Origin: Octopus sinensis
Lineage: Eukaryota
Reading direction: 5' to 3'
DNA length: 64,000 nt
NCBI RefSeq assembly: GCF_006345805.1
Contig: NC_043007.1
Location: 65,720,001-65,784,000, forward strand
This document shows, in pieces, positions 41,991 through 55,872 of the stretch (position 1 is the first letter of the stretch; each line of letters begins with the position of its first letter). The position numbers and the translations under genes are program-made. Below the pieces are notes generated by a model that was not told where the DNA came from, made no database searches, and was given only the letters and a program-made list of their open reading frames with translations.

Positions 41991-42440
41991 TTAGGTTAGC
42001 AAGAACAGGGGCTACTTTCGTCAATCTCTCTCTCTCTCTCTCTTTCTCTCTCTTTCTCTCCTTCTCGAAGAGGTTGTTGGAAGTGGTGTAGTGATTTTAT
42101 ATAAAGATTCAATACACATACATACACACAGACAGACAGACACAGACAGACACACGCACACACACACACACACACACACGCGCGCATATACACACACATA
42201 CACACATAAACACATAGATTCGAAATAACAAAGAAATTCTCTTCTCAGTTCAACTCTAAATTTTTAAACTAACTCACATATGGCATGAATTTCCTATAAA
42301 TAAACTATTTATGATATATTTGAAGAAGGAGGTAGTCATAACTTGGATAATTATTCATTTATTCATTTAGTGTCTTCTCTTTCCGAGAGAATTATCATAA
42401 ATAGTTTATTTATAAGAAATTCATGCCATATGTGAGTTAG

Positions 42441-42480
<40 letters not shown>

Positions 42481-43624
42481 TCTTTAGTGAGTGTAGAGAC
42501 TGTTGCATCTGATAAACTGTGTAATTCATTGAAATTTCTTTCAGAGTTAGAGAGAAAAAAACAAAAAAGAACTATCAATAATTGCTATAACTCTCTGATA
42601 AAGGGCGATAACTTCAAAAAATTAATGATTTTTCTTCTCTCCAATCGATTAATATGCGAGGGAAGGGACAAAGTTGTTGTTTCTTTATAGGTATGACACT
42701 AGCTTTGGACACTTGACTGATTGATGTAAATTAATTTAGGATATACTCCAGCCTTCGACATACTAGCGTACTGCTTCATTCTCTCCCTGTCTTTTTCCGA
42801 TATTCTAATGGCCTCAGGTCATCAGAGCTGGTTGGTTGATACATTCTCTTCTCAGGTATTCTCGACTCACTCGCCTAGCCTCCTTTTATCATACTTGTGT
42901 CCAACTACCCAGACCCGCACAACCCCTTCCCCACACGCACACCCAGTCTTTTTGTCCCGACATTGTCCCTCTGGAATCCTCTTCGTGTTCAAGCCTTTCC
43001 TGTTGCTTTTATTCGTTGCATCTTTCAAAATTTTCAAATTAAACTGTTTAGGCTATTTGAAGACATATCTACGGGATTTTTTCGAATGTGGCATTTGTTC
43101 CCCGGGAAGCTATCTTGACCTTGTGCTCTTTGGAGGGTAAATAAATTTCGATGTCCGTACAGGCTCCTCCTATTTTATAATTGCTTCACGGCATTCACCA
43201 CCAACCTGTGTTCTGCCACAAATTTGATAAGCCGCACCTCAACGTCAACTGACAGTGACTTTTCCGATGAACCACGTATTGCATTATAAGACTGCGAACA
43301 GATGTGCAACAAATCTAACATCTCGATTTAATTTTAAACAACCTAGTCAGCACTCCCATGTCCCCTACTCCGGCAGATGATCACACCTTTCCTGCATATT
43401 AGTTAACGCTTTCTTCAACTATTTTTTTAGTTCATTTAGAAAAAAATCTCACTTTTGTGTAGTAGAGGTAAATTATTTTCTTCCTCTCTCGCTCTTAGAT
43501 AAGATGTCGCTGATTAGGAAATATTTGATTGAATCTCGAATTTATGTTGGATCAATGAACTCAACTTACCTCACTTTCCCCGAAATTTCTGGCCCGTGTG
43601 CCAAAATGTGAAACCATTATTATT

Positions 43625-43648
43625 GGTAGCATTACTGTAGGTGGTGGT

Positions 43649-43686
<38 letters not shown>

Positions 43687-43751
43687 CTGTAGTTGTAGCA
43701 GCAGCAGTAGCAGTAGTAGTAGTCATCTTCGTCGTCGCCGTCGTCGTCGTT

Positions 43752-43796
<45 letters not shown>

Positions 43797-43818
43797 AGTA
43801 AGTAAGTAAGTAAGTAAA
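43625..43818. repeat. (CAG)n-(TAG)n-(TAAG)n microsatellite
   Basis: Direct reading. Confidence 0.95.
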
Positions 43819-45664
43819 TATTAAAAGAAATCATTAATATGATATTAAAATTACAGAAGTAGTAAAGCACTTATTCATTGCGATTTATTTATTTATTTTT
43901 TTGTCTTCTGTGCTAGAGTCCCATCGGGATCGATCTTGTCGTCCATCTCTTTGATGTTGATCAACATAAGCATTAGCATACACCGGCCTCAAAAAGCAAA
44001 CTGACTTAAACTGAGAATCCGAAAACGGATTTTAGATTCAACCCTCTGGAAACTTCGAACGTTTTCTGGCAAAATTTTCAAACGAAACCAGTTTTGTTTT
44101 TCTTGAACCAAGGGTATTGTTTAGAGAAAGTGTAATGCAAAAGTTTAAAATGAAATATAAATATGTAAGTTGAGCGAAATCACATCAACGGAAGATAGTT
44201 CGTCTCAATAATTTCTCATAATAAGAACAGAAATGCTGTACACGGTGAGCAGAAGTTCCTTTCATCTCGCCAATACTGATAAACTAATTAACAAGCATGT
44301 ATTTGTGGGGGGGGGGAGGGAGGGTCAATTGAATTAACTATTCTCTTCCCGACAAATCTGAAGCCTTGTGACAGCGTGAGAAATCAATATGAGCAGAAAG
44401 ATTAATAAGTAACTCCGTATGAACCTTTAAAAGAGAATTATTAAGATGTAACGTGAAGAACCAATTAATTCAAAGGAAGACCACGTAACTAATTAACTAT
44501 AAAATCTTAAGTAGCTTAGGCTGGAAACTTTTGAGCTGAACTCATTTTCAGATATGAAGTTCAGCGCCTTCGAGCACCCAACCTTGCATTTCATTAACTT
44601 TAAAAGGTTGATTAAAATAAATACCAGCATTACACCGGATGATGAGATGTCAAAGTGTACGATTAAGGACGTTGAACCACTTAGCACGGTTTGATGTCAC
44701 GTGATTATTTCCTCGAGCTTCCCTCACAGTAAAGCAGCTGCCACATGGGTTGCTGCGAGAGAGTATCTTCTTTTATAGAAGACTAATTTATAAAAAAGCA
44801 CTTACGAATAGAAAAAAGGATGAAAGCAAGAAGGAAAGCGTGTGCGAGCGCGGATGTTTGTATTAGAGAGAGAAAGAGAGAGGAAAAGAGAAAAGGGGAG
44901 TAAAAAAAAGGGGGTCGAGAGAGAGAACAATGCCAGTGGGATTCGAAATCACAATGATTGTACTTTCGAAATATAGTTAATTAAATTACCAATGTCTATT
45001 CTTTCCACTTGAGATTTAATATATCAGTGGAAAGCCCTGTAGAGAAGTTGGAAGCTTACGATCTACCGAATCTTATATATTTTTATTGATAAGCTAAATG
45101 TAATTGCAAACTTTGTACACAGTTTTCCACAATTAAAGTAATAATTCTCTATTTATTAATAAGTAATCAAGTATTTCTCTGCCCTTTTCTTTTTCTTTTT
45201 AAATCCCATATCAGTTCTGATATTTGTCAACGTATCTTATTCATTCAGACATTATTCCTCTAAGACCACATCCAAAAAAAAAAAACAAAAAAAAAACGGC
45301 TTTCGACTATTCGAAACGATACACTCACCATCAACACCATGCTGCAAGCACCAGCTCACAGACATGCTGATATGTTGGTCTGTTCTTTTATCATAATTTA
45401 AACGGTGTTTGTTCTTGTGAACGACCTCGTCGCTGCATATTCATTCCTCTTAGGCCTCATCCCACTCTCCTCCTCTTCATCCCTCATTTTCATAGTTGCA
45501 CTTTGGCTGAGATATGCATTAAACAACACGTTGTCCATCATAGTAAATTTTCAGAACTGCCTTCTCAGTCACGCTTTTCCAAGAAACACGAATATACACT
45601 CCAAGGTGAACAATAAAATCCATTAAAGAACGTGAGTACCGCCAGTCCTTTGATCAAACTATAT

Positions 45665-45880
45665 CGGTTTCAGATTTTGGCATAAGGCCAGTAATTTCGT
45701 GGCTGGGGGTTAGGTCAATTTCATCGACCCCAGTGCTCAACTGGTATTTATTTTATCGACCCCGAAAAGATGAAAGGCAAATTCGACCCCGGTGGAATTT
45801 GAACTCAGAATGTAAAGACGGACGAAACGCCGCTAAGAATGTTGCCCGGCAAACTAACGATTCTTCCAGCTCGCTGCCTT
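45665..45880 (-). mobile_element. SINE family C copy (further copies at ~47420-47610, 49200-49560, 7895-8010 +)
   Basis: Same body as the 4590-5487 copies. Confidence 0.8.
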
Positions 45881-46817
45881 GTGACCAATTTATATTGAAA
45901 AGAAAATCATAGCCACATTTCTGTTGCACAACTACGACAACAATATAGCTAAATGGAAATACAGCATCAGAGCCTTGTCCATCCAACATACGCATGCAGT
46001 AAGGGTCTTATGTATGTAATATGGTGAGCTGAAAACTTTCGGTAACTGAGATTATTCATGCAATTAGAAAATAAAATATCCCTCTAAGGGATGCCTAAAA
46101 TCTAAAAGAAGCAAGGAAGACAACTCAAATGGGATAAGCTAATCGAAACCTTGGGAAAGTGAATGTAAATGTTGATGTGAATCGATTTGGCTTTTAAAGT
46201 TATTGAGCTAAGAACCTTTAAGATATTTTCTTAAGGTTTAGATAGCAGAATTCGTAAAATCATTCTTCTGTGCCATCACGAGAAGTAAATGTCGACGTTA
46301 TGGGCTTAAAGGGTTCATCATAAGAGAAGAAATCCCGCTTAACTAACGGAAAACGAACGAAATTTAATTCATTTTACTAAGTTTTTTCCCCTTTATAGGC
46401 AGCACAGCCCTTCACTGGCCACGTATTCGATTAATATTATTTTTATTGTTGTTTAATCCCAGATTAATTTTGATCGATACGTCATTTTCGGACAGTGTAT
46501 AAAAGGCGCAGACGTGGCTGTGTGGTAAGAGGTTTGCTTTCCAACCAAATGAGTTCAGTCCCTCTCCGCGCTCTGATATCTCTGATATCCTCGGGCCGAC
46601 CAAAGCTTGTACAAGAATCTGGAAAATGGAAACTGAAAGAAACCCGTCATTCTTTTACTTGTTTCAGTCATTTGACAGCGGCCGTGATGGAGCACCACCT
46701 TTAGTCGAGCAAGTTGACCCCAGGACTTATTCTTTGTAAGCGTAGTACTATTCTATCCGTCTCTTTTGCCGAACCGCTAAGCATCGGTTGTCAAGCGATG
46801 TTGGAGGGAGGGACAAA

Positions 46818-46913
<96 letters not shown>

Positions 46914-47167
46914 CATGCATATACGACGGGATTCTTTCAGTTTCCGTCTACCAAATCCACTCACAAGGCTTTCGTCGGCCCGAGGGTATAGTAGAAGACA
47001 CTTGTCCAAGGTACCACGCAGTGGAACTGAACCAGGAACCATGTGGTTGGTAAGCAAGCTATTTACCATACAGCCATTCCTGTGCCTATGTATATATATA
47101 TGTGTATGTGTGTGTGTGTATCTATGTATGTGTATATATGTATATGTGGGTGTGTGTATGAATATAC

Positions 47168-47207
<40 letters not shown>

Positions 47208-47733
47208 TTCCTCACTCCCAGCCAACCAGTGTTGGTTCCTTTACATCACCGTAACTTGGCGGTTCGAGAAAAGATTGCGAAGTAGTAAATATGAGGCTTA
47301 CAAAAGTACTGGAGTTGATTCTTTCGACTTAAAAGACTCTTTGAGTCGGTGCCCTGGCTGCAGACCAGTGACTGAAACAAGTTAATAAATAATAATCCTT
47401 TCTATTATATACATAAAGTGCGAAATTTTAGTGCTGGTGGTGGTGGGGACTTGTTGCTTACATGCACCCCAGTGTTTCACTGGTACTTAATTTATCGACC
47501 CCGAAAGGATGACAGGCAAAGTCGACCTCGGCGGATTTTGAGCACAAAGCGTAAAAACGGACGAAATGCCGCTAAGCATTTTCCCGGCATGCTAACGATT
47601 CTGCCGAATAGATAAAAGAAATGATAACGTGTTTGTGTGTGTGTGAGAGAGAGAGAGAGAGTATTTGTGTGAGTGTGTATGTATGTATGTATGTACGTAT
47701 ATCTGTATAACTGTGTGTGTGTGTGTAGTTCTA

Positions 47734-47901
47734 GGTAAATTCCACTACAGTAAATTCTACTATGGTAAATTCCACTACAATAAATTTCACTATGATGAAT
47801 TCCATTGAGGTAAATTCCACTGAGGTAAATTTCACTACGGCAAATTCCACTACGGTAAATTCCACTACTATAAATTCCCTACGGTAAATTTCCCTATAGG
47901 T
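47734..47901. repeat. 15-bp minisatellite (ggtaaattccactac), ~11 units, at the MULE terminus
   Basis: Direct reading; lies ~100 nt past the MULE ORF 3' end. Confidence 0.9.
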
Positions 47902-47989
47902 AATATGAATACGTTTTAGTTCACATTTTATTAACATATTTACATAAAAATGATGGTGACTACATAAAATAAAGTTATGAAAAAAGTTA

Positions 47990-48640
47990 ATATATTTGAA
48001 GAAAATTCTTTAATGACAAATTGCGTACAATATTTCTTAAAAATTGCAGAGCGTTTTCAGATTGATAATTCTCAACTAGCTTCTTTAGTCGTGCATCAAC
48101 CATTTGATAGGACTTTGTTTTTGTTGTTGTTGAGTCCCCACGTCGAATGTGCGCAATTTTCGTTTGGCTTAAGCCTTCTTCAGTCTAAAGGGCATTGCAA
48201 AGTTTCCACAAATTTGGATGTGTGGATGTTATCGTTGACTGCAAAGCATTGTGGAACCCTTCTACCGAATTCTTTGCTCTTGGCAAGTCATTTAAAATGC
48301 GGTCGTGTACATTCCAGAGTTGGATAGGAAACTGTGGGTTTCTTTTTGTCGACGAAGACCACATCCTCTTACAGTCCCAATGTATGAATTCTCAAAATAA
48401 ATGATAAACTCAGAAGGGATGCTTTCCTCGTCTGACAAATCTTCAAATCCATTGACAACATCTTCAATTGGTAACTTAATTTTAAACTGAAAATTTTCCT
48501 CCGTGTTATATCTCCTACTCTCACCATTTGCACATATCTTCCGCCAAATTGACTGTCCGAGATGAAAAACACACCTAACTAGTTCTAAATGCGGAAATAC
48601 TGAAAAAAAATGAATTATAGAAATCTTCTTCAAAGTAAGT
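47990..48640 (-). pseudogene. Mutator-like (MULE) transposase, 3' half, decayed
   Basis: RCVFHLGQSIWRKI (CxxH motif), LPIEDVVNGFEDL..FENSYIG, then frameshifted WNVHDRILNDLPRAKNSVEGFHNALQS....HPNLWKL. Confidence 0.88.
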
Positions 48641-49565
48641 CATTACTTTCTCTAGTAGTTTTCAGGGAAAAAATTAAAAGATCGGGGTTAGTACTCCACG
48701 AAAATATCTAAAAAAGTGGAACATGTTGGATGGGCCTATGTCATAAAAATATGGGCAATAAACCAGTGTTCAAAATTTGGTGTTTGATTAACATAATCTG
48801 TGCTCTTTCCGTTATTTTCTTTTTAGCAAAACATAGGGATAGAGCGTTTGAAAAAATGCCATTCTTTTCAAATGCCCCCTTTTCAGAAGTGATATCACCG
48901 ACACGCATGGCATCTTGAACAAGCATCTTTTGTCATAGTTGCGAGTTGAACAAACCTTGTAGGTAAAATTAGTTAGACAGAAACTAATTCAAAGGCCAGA
49001 GCTTGTCACACTGCGTCACACTCATTCTATTTGAGAATTACGTTGAGGCTAAATGTATCAGTGGAATGCTCAACAACGGGGACGCTGAATCACTGAATGA
49101 GTAGCGTATTTGATCGCACAGCTGGACACTCATCGTTAATTTCTTTCAATGGCACAGAGCTAAAAAGTTAAAAGGGTGGAGGTAGTAGGAGAAGAGTGGT
49201 TTGTCGATTAAATCAATTGGACTGGCAAGTTATTTTATCACACTGGACAAAAAAAAATTGAGTTAACCTCCGATGGATTGAACTTAGAACGAAAATAATT
49301 GGAAAGAAAACTGCTAAGCACTTTTTCCGACGTTCTAACGATTCCAACCAACCTGCCACCCCCTTAATAGAAGCACAAAGAGGACATTTGGAGGGAGGAG
49401 TTGGCCGATGACATCGAATCGCGGAACTAAGCAGGTACTTTATTTTATCGATCCTGGCAGGATGAAATACAAAGTTGACCCCAACGCAATTTGAACTCTG
49501 AATGGAAAGGGCTGGAAGAAATACAGCAAGGCATTTAGTCCGAGGCAAGCAGAGCCAATTTTGCC

Positions 49566-49598
<33 letters not shown>

Positions 49599-51297
49599 GA
49601 GGAGGAGGAGAAGAAGAAGAAGAAGAACCGGAAACAAAATCCTTATCTCTGTCAACCAATCCTGCACCTTTTTATTGCAGTCACGAAACTATCTTTGCAA
49701 GACAACTTCCGGTCTTTTACTCTTTAAGCTTCATATAACAACGGATCATTATGGCCTCTTTTCTTCTCCCATTCTCCCCATTTCTCTCCATTGTTTGTAT
49801 TTGTTAGTGCATTGAGTGTGTCTGTGTGTGTGTGTATGTGCGTGTGTGTGTGTGTGTGTGTGACTATGGCTGTATATGTATGTATACTTGTATATATGTG
49901 TTTGTATGAGACGGATGCAATCAGAAAGTGAGTGAGAGAAAACGAAATGGGAAGAGTGAGTGAATCTCTATGTGTATTTTTATCGAGCTCATCGTCTTCA
50001 CTCTCTCTGTCTGTCTGTCTCTCTCAATTTCTCTCGCCTCCTCTCTCTGCGCGCGCGTGTGTGTGTGCGTGACTGTGAAACAAATTTATTCATTTCAATA
50101 TTCCTGAACAGAGATAGTTTTGCTCACTTCCCCTTTTACTCTCTCTCTCTCTCTCTCACGATCTCTCATTCTCTCTGTTCTTCCCCTTTGCCTATCACAG
50201 TTTCTTTTTACTAAGTCTTTTCTTCATTCCCATTTAAAGGCAGGGTTGGAGGCAGGAAGTGAGAGAAAGATGGTGGAGTTGGTGAAAGATAATATTTGAA
50301 AATGTAAATGTTTTGCGTCAAAAAATCCTGTTCCTTTTTTGTCCTCACTTTGTTGACGTATTTTGTTCGCTTCTAACTTCTTATAGTCTACATTTTTATT
50401 ACCTCCCTTCAGTATAAACAGAGAAAATAGAAAAAGGACGCGCACGTTAGTGTGTGCTTTTGTGAGAATAATACAATCACACAGACAGAACGGGATGCTA
50501 GTGGAAAAATGTTTTAATGCTGTCGATCATTTATAACATTCATTGAAAATAATAAGAATAAGAATGAAAGTAAAAAAAAAAGATTTGAAAGACGTACCAC
50601 TCTCCTGCTTCTGATATACCGGAAGTGAAACCGAAAGAACGAACCGGTGGTGTTTTCTCGTTTTCTCTCGTTTTATTTCACCCATTATCTGTAACTTAAC
50701 CTTTTCCTTATTTTCTTTTTTCCCTTTCATAGTCTTTATTTGATAAACATTAATATCTTATGTTTATTATCCACATCTGTTTTTTTGTAATTTGTTCCTG
50801 AAATGCTCTCTTTCCCATCGCCCTAGTGGCAGATACAGAAATTACTAACATCATCGTTATTGTTTGTTGTATTAACATATACTCTAATGCGAGGCATTGT
50901 ACTAACTGGACTAATTGATGCGTTGTACTAATGCTATGCGTTGTACTAACACATGTACAAATTGTACTTATTGATTCATTTTACCAATATGATTCGTTGT
51001 ACTAACAACATGCACTCTAATGCGAGGCAATAGTTTTAGAGTTTTCGTAGATCTAGAGGTATTTCCATTATTAATATCAGTTATCTTTTATTTTTTAATT
51101 GCTTTCAGTCATAAGACTGTGAACATGATGGGGTACCGCCTTGAAGAATTTTTAGTCAAGTTAATCGACCCCAGTGCATATTCTTTTAAAGCCTTGTCCT
51201 GATTGTGTCGGCCGAACAACAAGGTTTCAGGGGCGTAAATACACCAACACCGGTTGTCAGGTGGTGGTGTTGGACAAACACAGATACGAAGATACAC

Positions 51298-51349
<52 letters not shown>

Positions 51350-52044
51350 CACACACACACACATACATACACGATGGACTTCTTTCAGTTTCCGTCAGCC
51401 AAGTCCAATCGCAAGGCTTTTGGTTGGCTCAAAGCTATTGTAAAAGACAGTTGCCCAAGGTGCTATGCAGTAGGACTGAATCCAAAACTATGTAGTTGGG
51501 AATCAAAGTTCTTACCACACAACCACGCCCGCGTTATTTGCCTATTGCTATATCAACCAGCATCCTGATAGACAAGTTGGCCCTCTTATCTCTTGCGCCT
51601 TTGGAGCATAAATTTGAGCAAAATTCCAAAAATTTTGCTTTCGGTAAACTTAAATTTAAAACATGGCGGTACTTTAATAGTAAGTCAACTAGATGGAGAA
51701 GCGGAAAGTAGTATTGATGCTAGCTCTTCGTCTCTCCCCATACAGTAGGTCATTGATCGAAGACTTCGTCTCCTCAAAGTTTAAAGAATAAAAACCTACT
51801 CCATCGCTACTTCGACGAGCGGCCAAATCAGTGATATTAGCAACAAAACATGCCACATTATAAAAGAAAGGACAATCTGCCAAACACCATCGCCATTACC
51901 GCTCCACAACAACACGTGACAATAACGACAACTGCAAAACCACCAGCAGAAGCAATAAAAAACATGCCTAACAAAAACAATAGTAATAAGCCAATAAAAC
52001 AAACAGCAAACTGTTCAGTAGTCATAACAGTACCATTATTACGA

Positions 52045-52427
52045 GTGGAGGCGCAATGGCCGAGTGTTTAGGGCAGCGGACTCGCGGTCATATGATCGCA
52101 GTTTCGATTCCCAGACCGGGCCCTGTGAGTGTTTATTGAACGAAAACACCTAAAGCTCCACGAGGCTCCGGCAGGGGATGGTGGTGATCCCTGCTGTACT
52201 CTTTCACCACAACTTTCTCTCACTCTTTCTTCCTGTTTCTGTTGTACCTTGTATTTCAAAGGGCCGGCCTTGTCACTCTCTGTGTCACGCTGAATATCCC
52301 CGAGAACTACGTTAAGGGTACACGTGTCTGTGGAGTGCTCAGCCACTTACACGTTAATTTTACGAGCAGGCTGTTCCGTTGATTCGGATCAACCTGAACC
52401 CTCGTCGTCATAACCGACGGAGTGCTT
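52045..52427 (+). mobile_element. SINE family D, full length with 12-bp TSD
   Basis: ccattattacga at 52033-52044 and 52428-52439; A-box tggccgagtg, B-box gtttcgattcc; diverged 3' relic also at ~49000-49140. Confidence 0.9.
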
Positions 52428-52814
52428 CCATTATTACGATCGGCATTGCTTACACTACAACGGCAGGCAGCAACTTGAAACGGTCTGTTTCCTTAACAAC
52501 AACGAACCCCACTACAATTGCCATCAAATGATCACAGCCGAAGGTAGTAACAAAAGCAACACCAGATTTGAAGATTTTGCTCAAAGTGTTTATTTTATCT
52601 CTTTAACTTCTCTCCTGCTGGAGTATGAACAGTAAATGTGATTTTAGAGTCAAGTTTTGGCTGCTGTTCCTAACATGGTGGTATCTCCAAGATACCCTTA
52701 ATTATAATTTTAATATTAATTATTACCTTTGAGGTTTTTATCTCCATGCTAGCCACCTGATAAAAGATCGGTATTTTAAATATTGATCTTATCCTTACTT
52801 ATATAAATTTATAT

Positions 52815-53140
52815 ATATATAATACAACAAATAATTAAAACAAATATATACCTACAATTTGTTTCGATTCATATCCATTAGTAAATTTATAAAAAGTTCA
52901 CATTTATGTGTATGAATCTCATCAGGATAATATTTGTCTAAAAGATAGACAAAAGTTTCAAGAAGAACTGCTAAATCATTTTATGATTTAGCAGTCCTTG
53001 CATGAAATTTTTGACAAATATTATCCTGACGAGATTCATATACATAAATGTGAATTGTTTATAGAGTCACTAGTGAATATCAATCAAAACAAATTGTAGG
53101 ATATATATTTGTTTTAATCATTTGTTATATTATAGCATAT
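52815..53140. repeat. Foldback palindrome, ~160-bp arms, 3-nt loop at 52980-52982
   Basis: ctaaatcat-ttt-atgatttag centre; arms co-linear with scattered mismatches. Confidence 0.92.
52840..52937 (-). ncRNA. Type I hammerhead ribozyme with complete core (damaged mirror copy at ~53013-53112, + strand)
   Basis: ACAAAUAUUAUC-CUGAUGA-GAUUCAUA..UAUGAAUC-GAAA-CAAAUUG-UA-GGUAuAUAUUUGU. Confidence 0.8.
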
Positions 53141-53377
53141 TATATTATAACAATAATAAATTTATAATATGTCAATTTATTTCTCTAATTCTTGCAATAT
53201 TTATATATTGAAATTATACCATTTTAAGTTCTTCATTTTTTCCTCTACTATATTGTGGTATTTAACTGAAGAAGTAGTGAAAATTGGATGTTTTCCATCC
53301 TTTTGAAGAAATATATTTTTTTCCTTGGATTGAATAATAATTATATGTACGTATATATATATATATATATATAGATA

Positions 53378-53445
<68 letters not shown>

Positions 53446-53480
53446 ACATACATATATATATATACATACATACATATAAA

Positions 53481-54714
53481 CAGGGTTTGGACAAAATCAT
53501 GGAAACACCTAGCATTATAGCAATATAATTTTGAAATATCTGTAAAACAGTCAAAAGCTTGTTTATTTTCATGTTTTTTTTATTTATTATTAGTGTTACT
53601 TAATATGTTTTGCTAAAATTGCTATTTCTTTTCAGATATCATTAGAAACAGTTAATTAAAATTAATTAAAATGACAGATCTATCAACTTTCAAAGAGGTC
53701 AAATTGTTCGTGCTTGTATGGAAGGCGCTAGCGTAATGAAAACAGCTGAAATGTTTGGTGTATCACGAAGTACTCTCTCGAAAGTAATGAAAGCGCTTGA
53801 GAAAGAGGGGAAAAACCTCGCCGAAACAAAATTCCGGAAGAAAACCAAAACTTTCAGATAGGGACCATCGGACTCTTACGCGAATTGTTAGAAAGGATCA
53901 CAAAATTACAGCTCCCAAAATTACTGTAGAGCTTAATGACCAACTCGAGAACCCAGTTTCCACAAAAACTGCTCGCCGGTAGCTGCACAAAGCCGAATTT
54001 CACGGGAGGGCTGCAATCAGAAAACCACTACTTTCAAAAACAAACGTTTCAAAGCGTTTAGAGTGGAGTAAAAACCTACAGTGGAAGAATGTTATTTTCT
54101 CGGACGAGTCATCCTTTACCTTATTTCCGACCACCGGCCGAGTATACGTGTGGAGACAGCCAAAAGAAGCATTTGACCCAGGCTGCTTTCTTCCAACATG
54201 GAGGAGGATCTGTGATGATCTGGTGGGCTATATCTTGGAAATCCCTCGGCCCAGTGGTTCCCCTTCATGGCAGAATTAATAGTGAAAACTATTTAAGCAT
54301 TTTATCTGATCAGATTTCATCTTATGATTGGGAACTGTTTCCTGGGGAAAATGCAATCTTTAAGGATGATAATGCACCAATTCAGCTAAAGTTGTTACTG
54401 AATGGCACGAAGAACATTCTAGTGAAGTTGAACATCTTATCTGGCCACCACAGTCCCTAGATCTCAATATTATTGAACATTTATGGTGCATTTTAGAAAA
54501 ACAAGATAGGAGTCGATATCCTCTACCATCATCACAAGAACTGGAGACTGTTTTAGCTAAAGAAAGGACAAAAATTCCTTTGGAAACAATTCAAACTTTG
54601 TACGGGTCCATACATCGTAGAATTCAAGCTGTAATTACTGCTAAAGGCAGTCCTACCCCATATTAAAATGAATTTGTTTGAAATTTCAAGATGCTTTCCA
54701 TTATTTTGTTCGAC

Positions 54715-54719
<5 letters not shown>
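53481..54719 (+). mobile_element. Tc1-family (DD34E) transposon, near full length, decayed
   Basis: TIRs cagggtttggacaaaatcatggaaacacc / gatgctttccattattttgttcgacccct inside (TA)n; ORF 53671-54666: MTDLS..QRGQIV, NSGRKPKLSDRD, KNVIFSDESSF, HGGGSVMIW, IFKDDNAP, WPPQSLDLNIIEHLW; multiple frameshifts. Confidence 0.93.
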
Positions 54720-54753
<34 letters not shown>

Positions 54754-55038
54754 AGTAGAGCAGCTTGTTCCAAAATCTCTAAATGAGACATAAGTACTGA
54801 CAATACTAGACGGTAACGTTTTTTCTTTTTTTTTGCCACTATAACATGGCTGTTCTATAAAGAACTATGTTACTACATTTTAACCCCAGGAAAACGTATT
54901 TTCCAGCTGATGAATGGCACACAATCTTTGACAGATATATTGTGAGTAAGGGAGCGAGTAAGTCCCCTCCAGCTTGGTATGACCAGTAGACCATGGTTTC
55001 TGGGTCTTTATCCTCCATCGGTACTGGGCACATGCCTG

Positions 55039-55075
<37 letters not shown>

Positions 55076-55839
55076 TATATATATATACACACATACAAAA
55101 ACGAAGTATATACATACATATATTTATATTTACGTTCATACTCGCACACATTCGTATATACTTACATACACAATACATACATGTAAGCACACAACACACA
55201 CACGCGCGCGCAAACAAATAAACAAATACACAGTATTCAAGGCGTTGTAGGAGTTAATAGGGCACAGCGTGGAGTATTGAGTGAAGTTTGACGGAAACAT
55301 AGTAAAATAAATTACATTAAATTGGGGATTCTAGAAAAAATATCTATGTTAAAAAGAAACATGAATGGGTATGTCTTTTTTACTTTCCCCAGTTTTAAGC
55401 GAAGATCTTTCAATGAAGTCTGAGAATAATTATCTGGACTATTAACTGTTTCCTCCATATAAACTCCCCGCACCAACACCCACACCAAAATCACTACAAG
55501 CAACAAAACACTTCATCGCTACCGACATGACTGCTACAATTATCGTCATCTATTGCACCTTCGTGACTTCAGACGACATTTTGCTTAAAGACAAAACTGT
55601 GCAGCAAATGATTCGAGTTTATGTAATAGCATCCTTTTAAGCATGTGATGTATATTTTACACGCGCCAATGAAAAATGACTCGACAAGGTCGTTACATGC
55701 ATGCTGAAGACCATGCTTTAGCTTCTTCAATAAGAAAGACTCATATCGCAGTCTTCCGGGACACCTCATAAGGCGACAGGCTGGTGACAGTTGGAATGGA
55801 TTCAAACATATCTCTTCTCAGTTAGAACTAACACGTAGC

Positions 55840-55872
<33 letters not shown>

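Noticed and set aside
42700-43420. GC-richer unique segment, possibly an old retroelement or Tc1 relic (FSDE-like tetrapeptide)
   Set aside because: No run of diagnostic motifs long enough to call.
47734-47901. Array superficially resembling CRISPR repeats
   Set aside because: Contiguous units without spacers, eukaryotic context, no cas genes.
50592-50626. ETS motif CCGGAAGT and a minus-strand donor-like gtacgt
   Set aside because: Short motifs without a supported exon or promoter context.
50815-50832. CTCF-like cgccctagtggc
   Set aside because: Spacing does not fit the core consensus.
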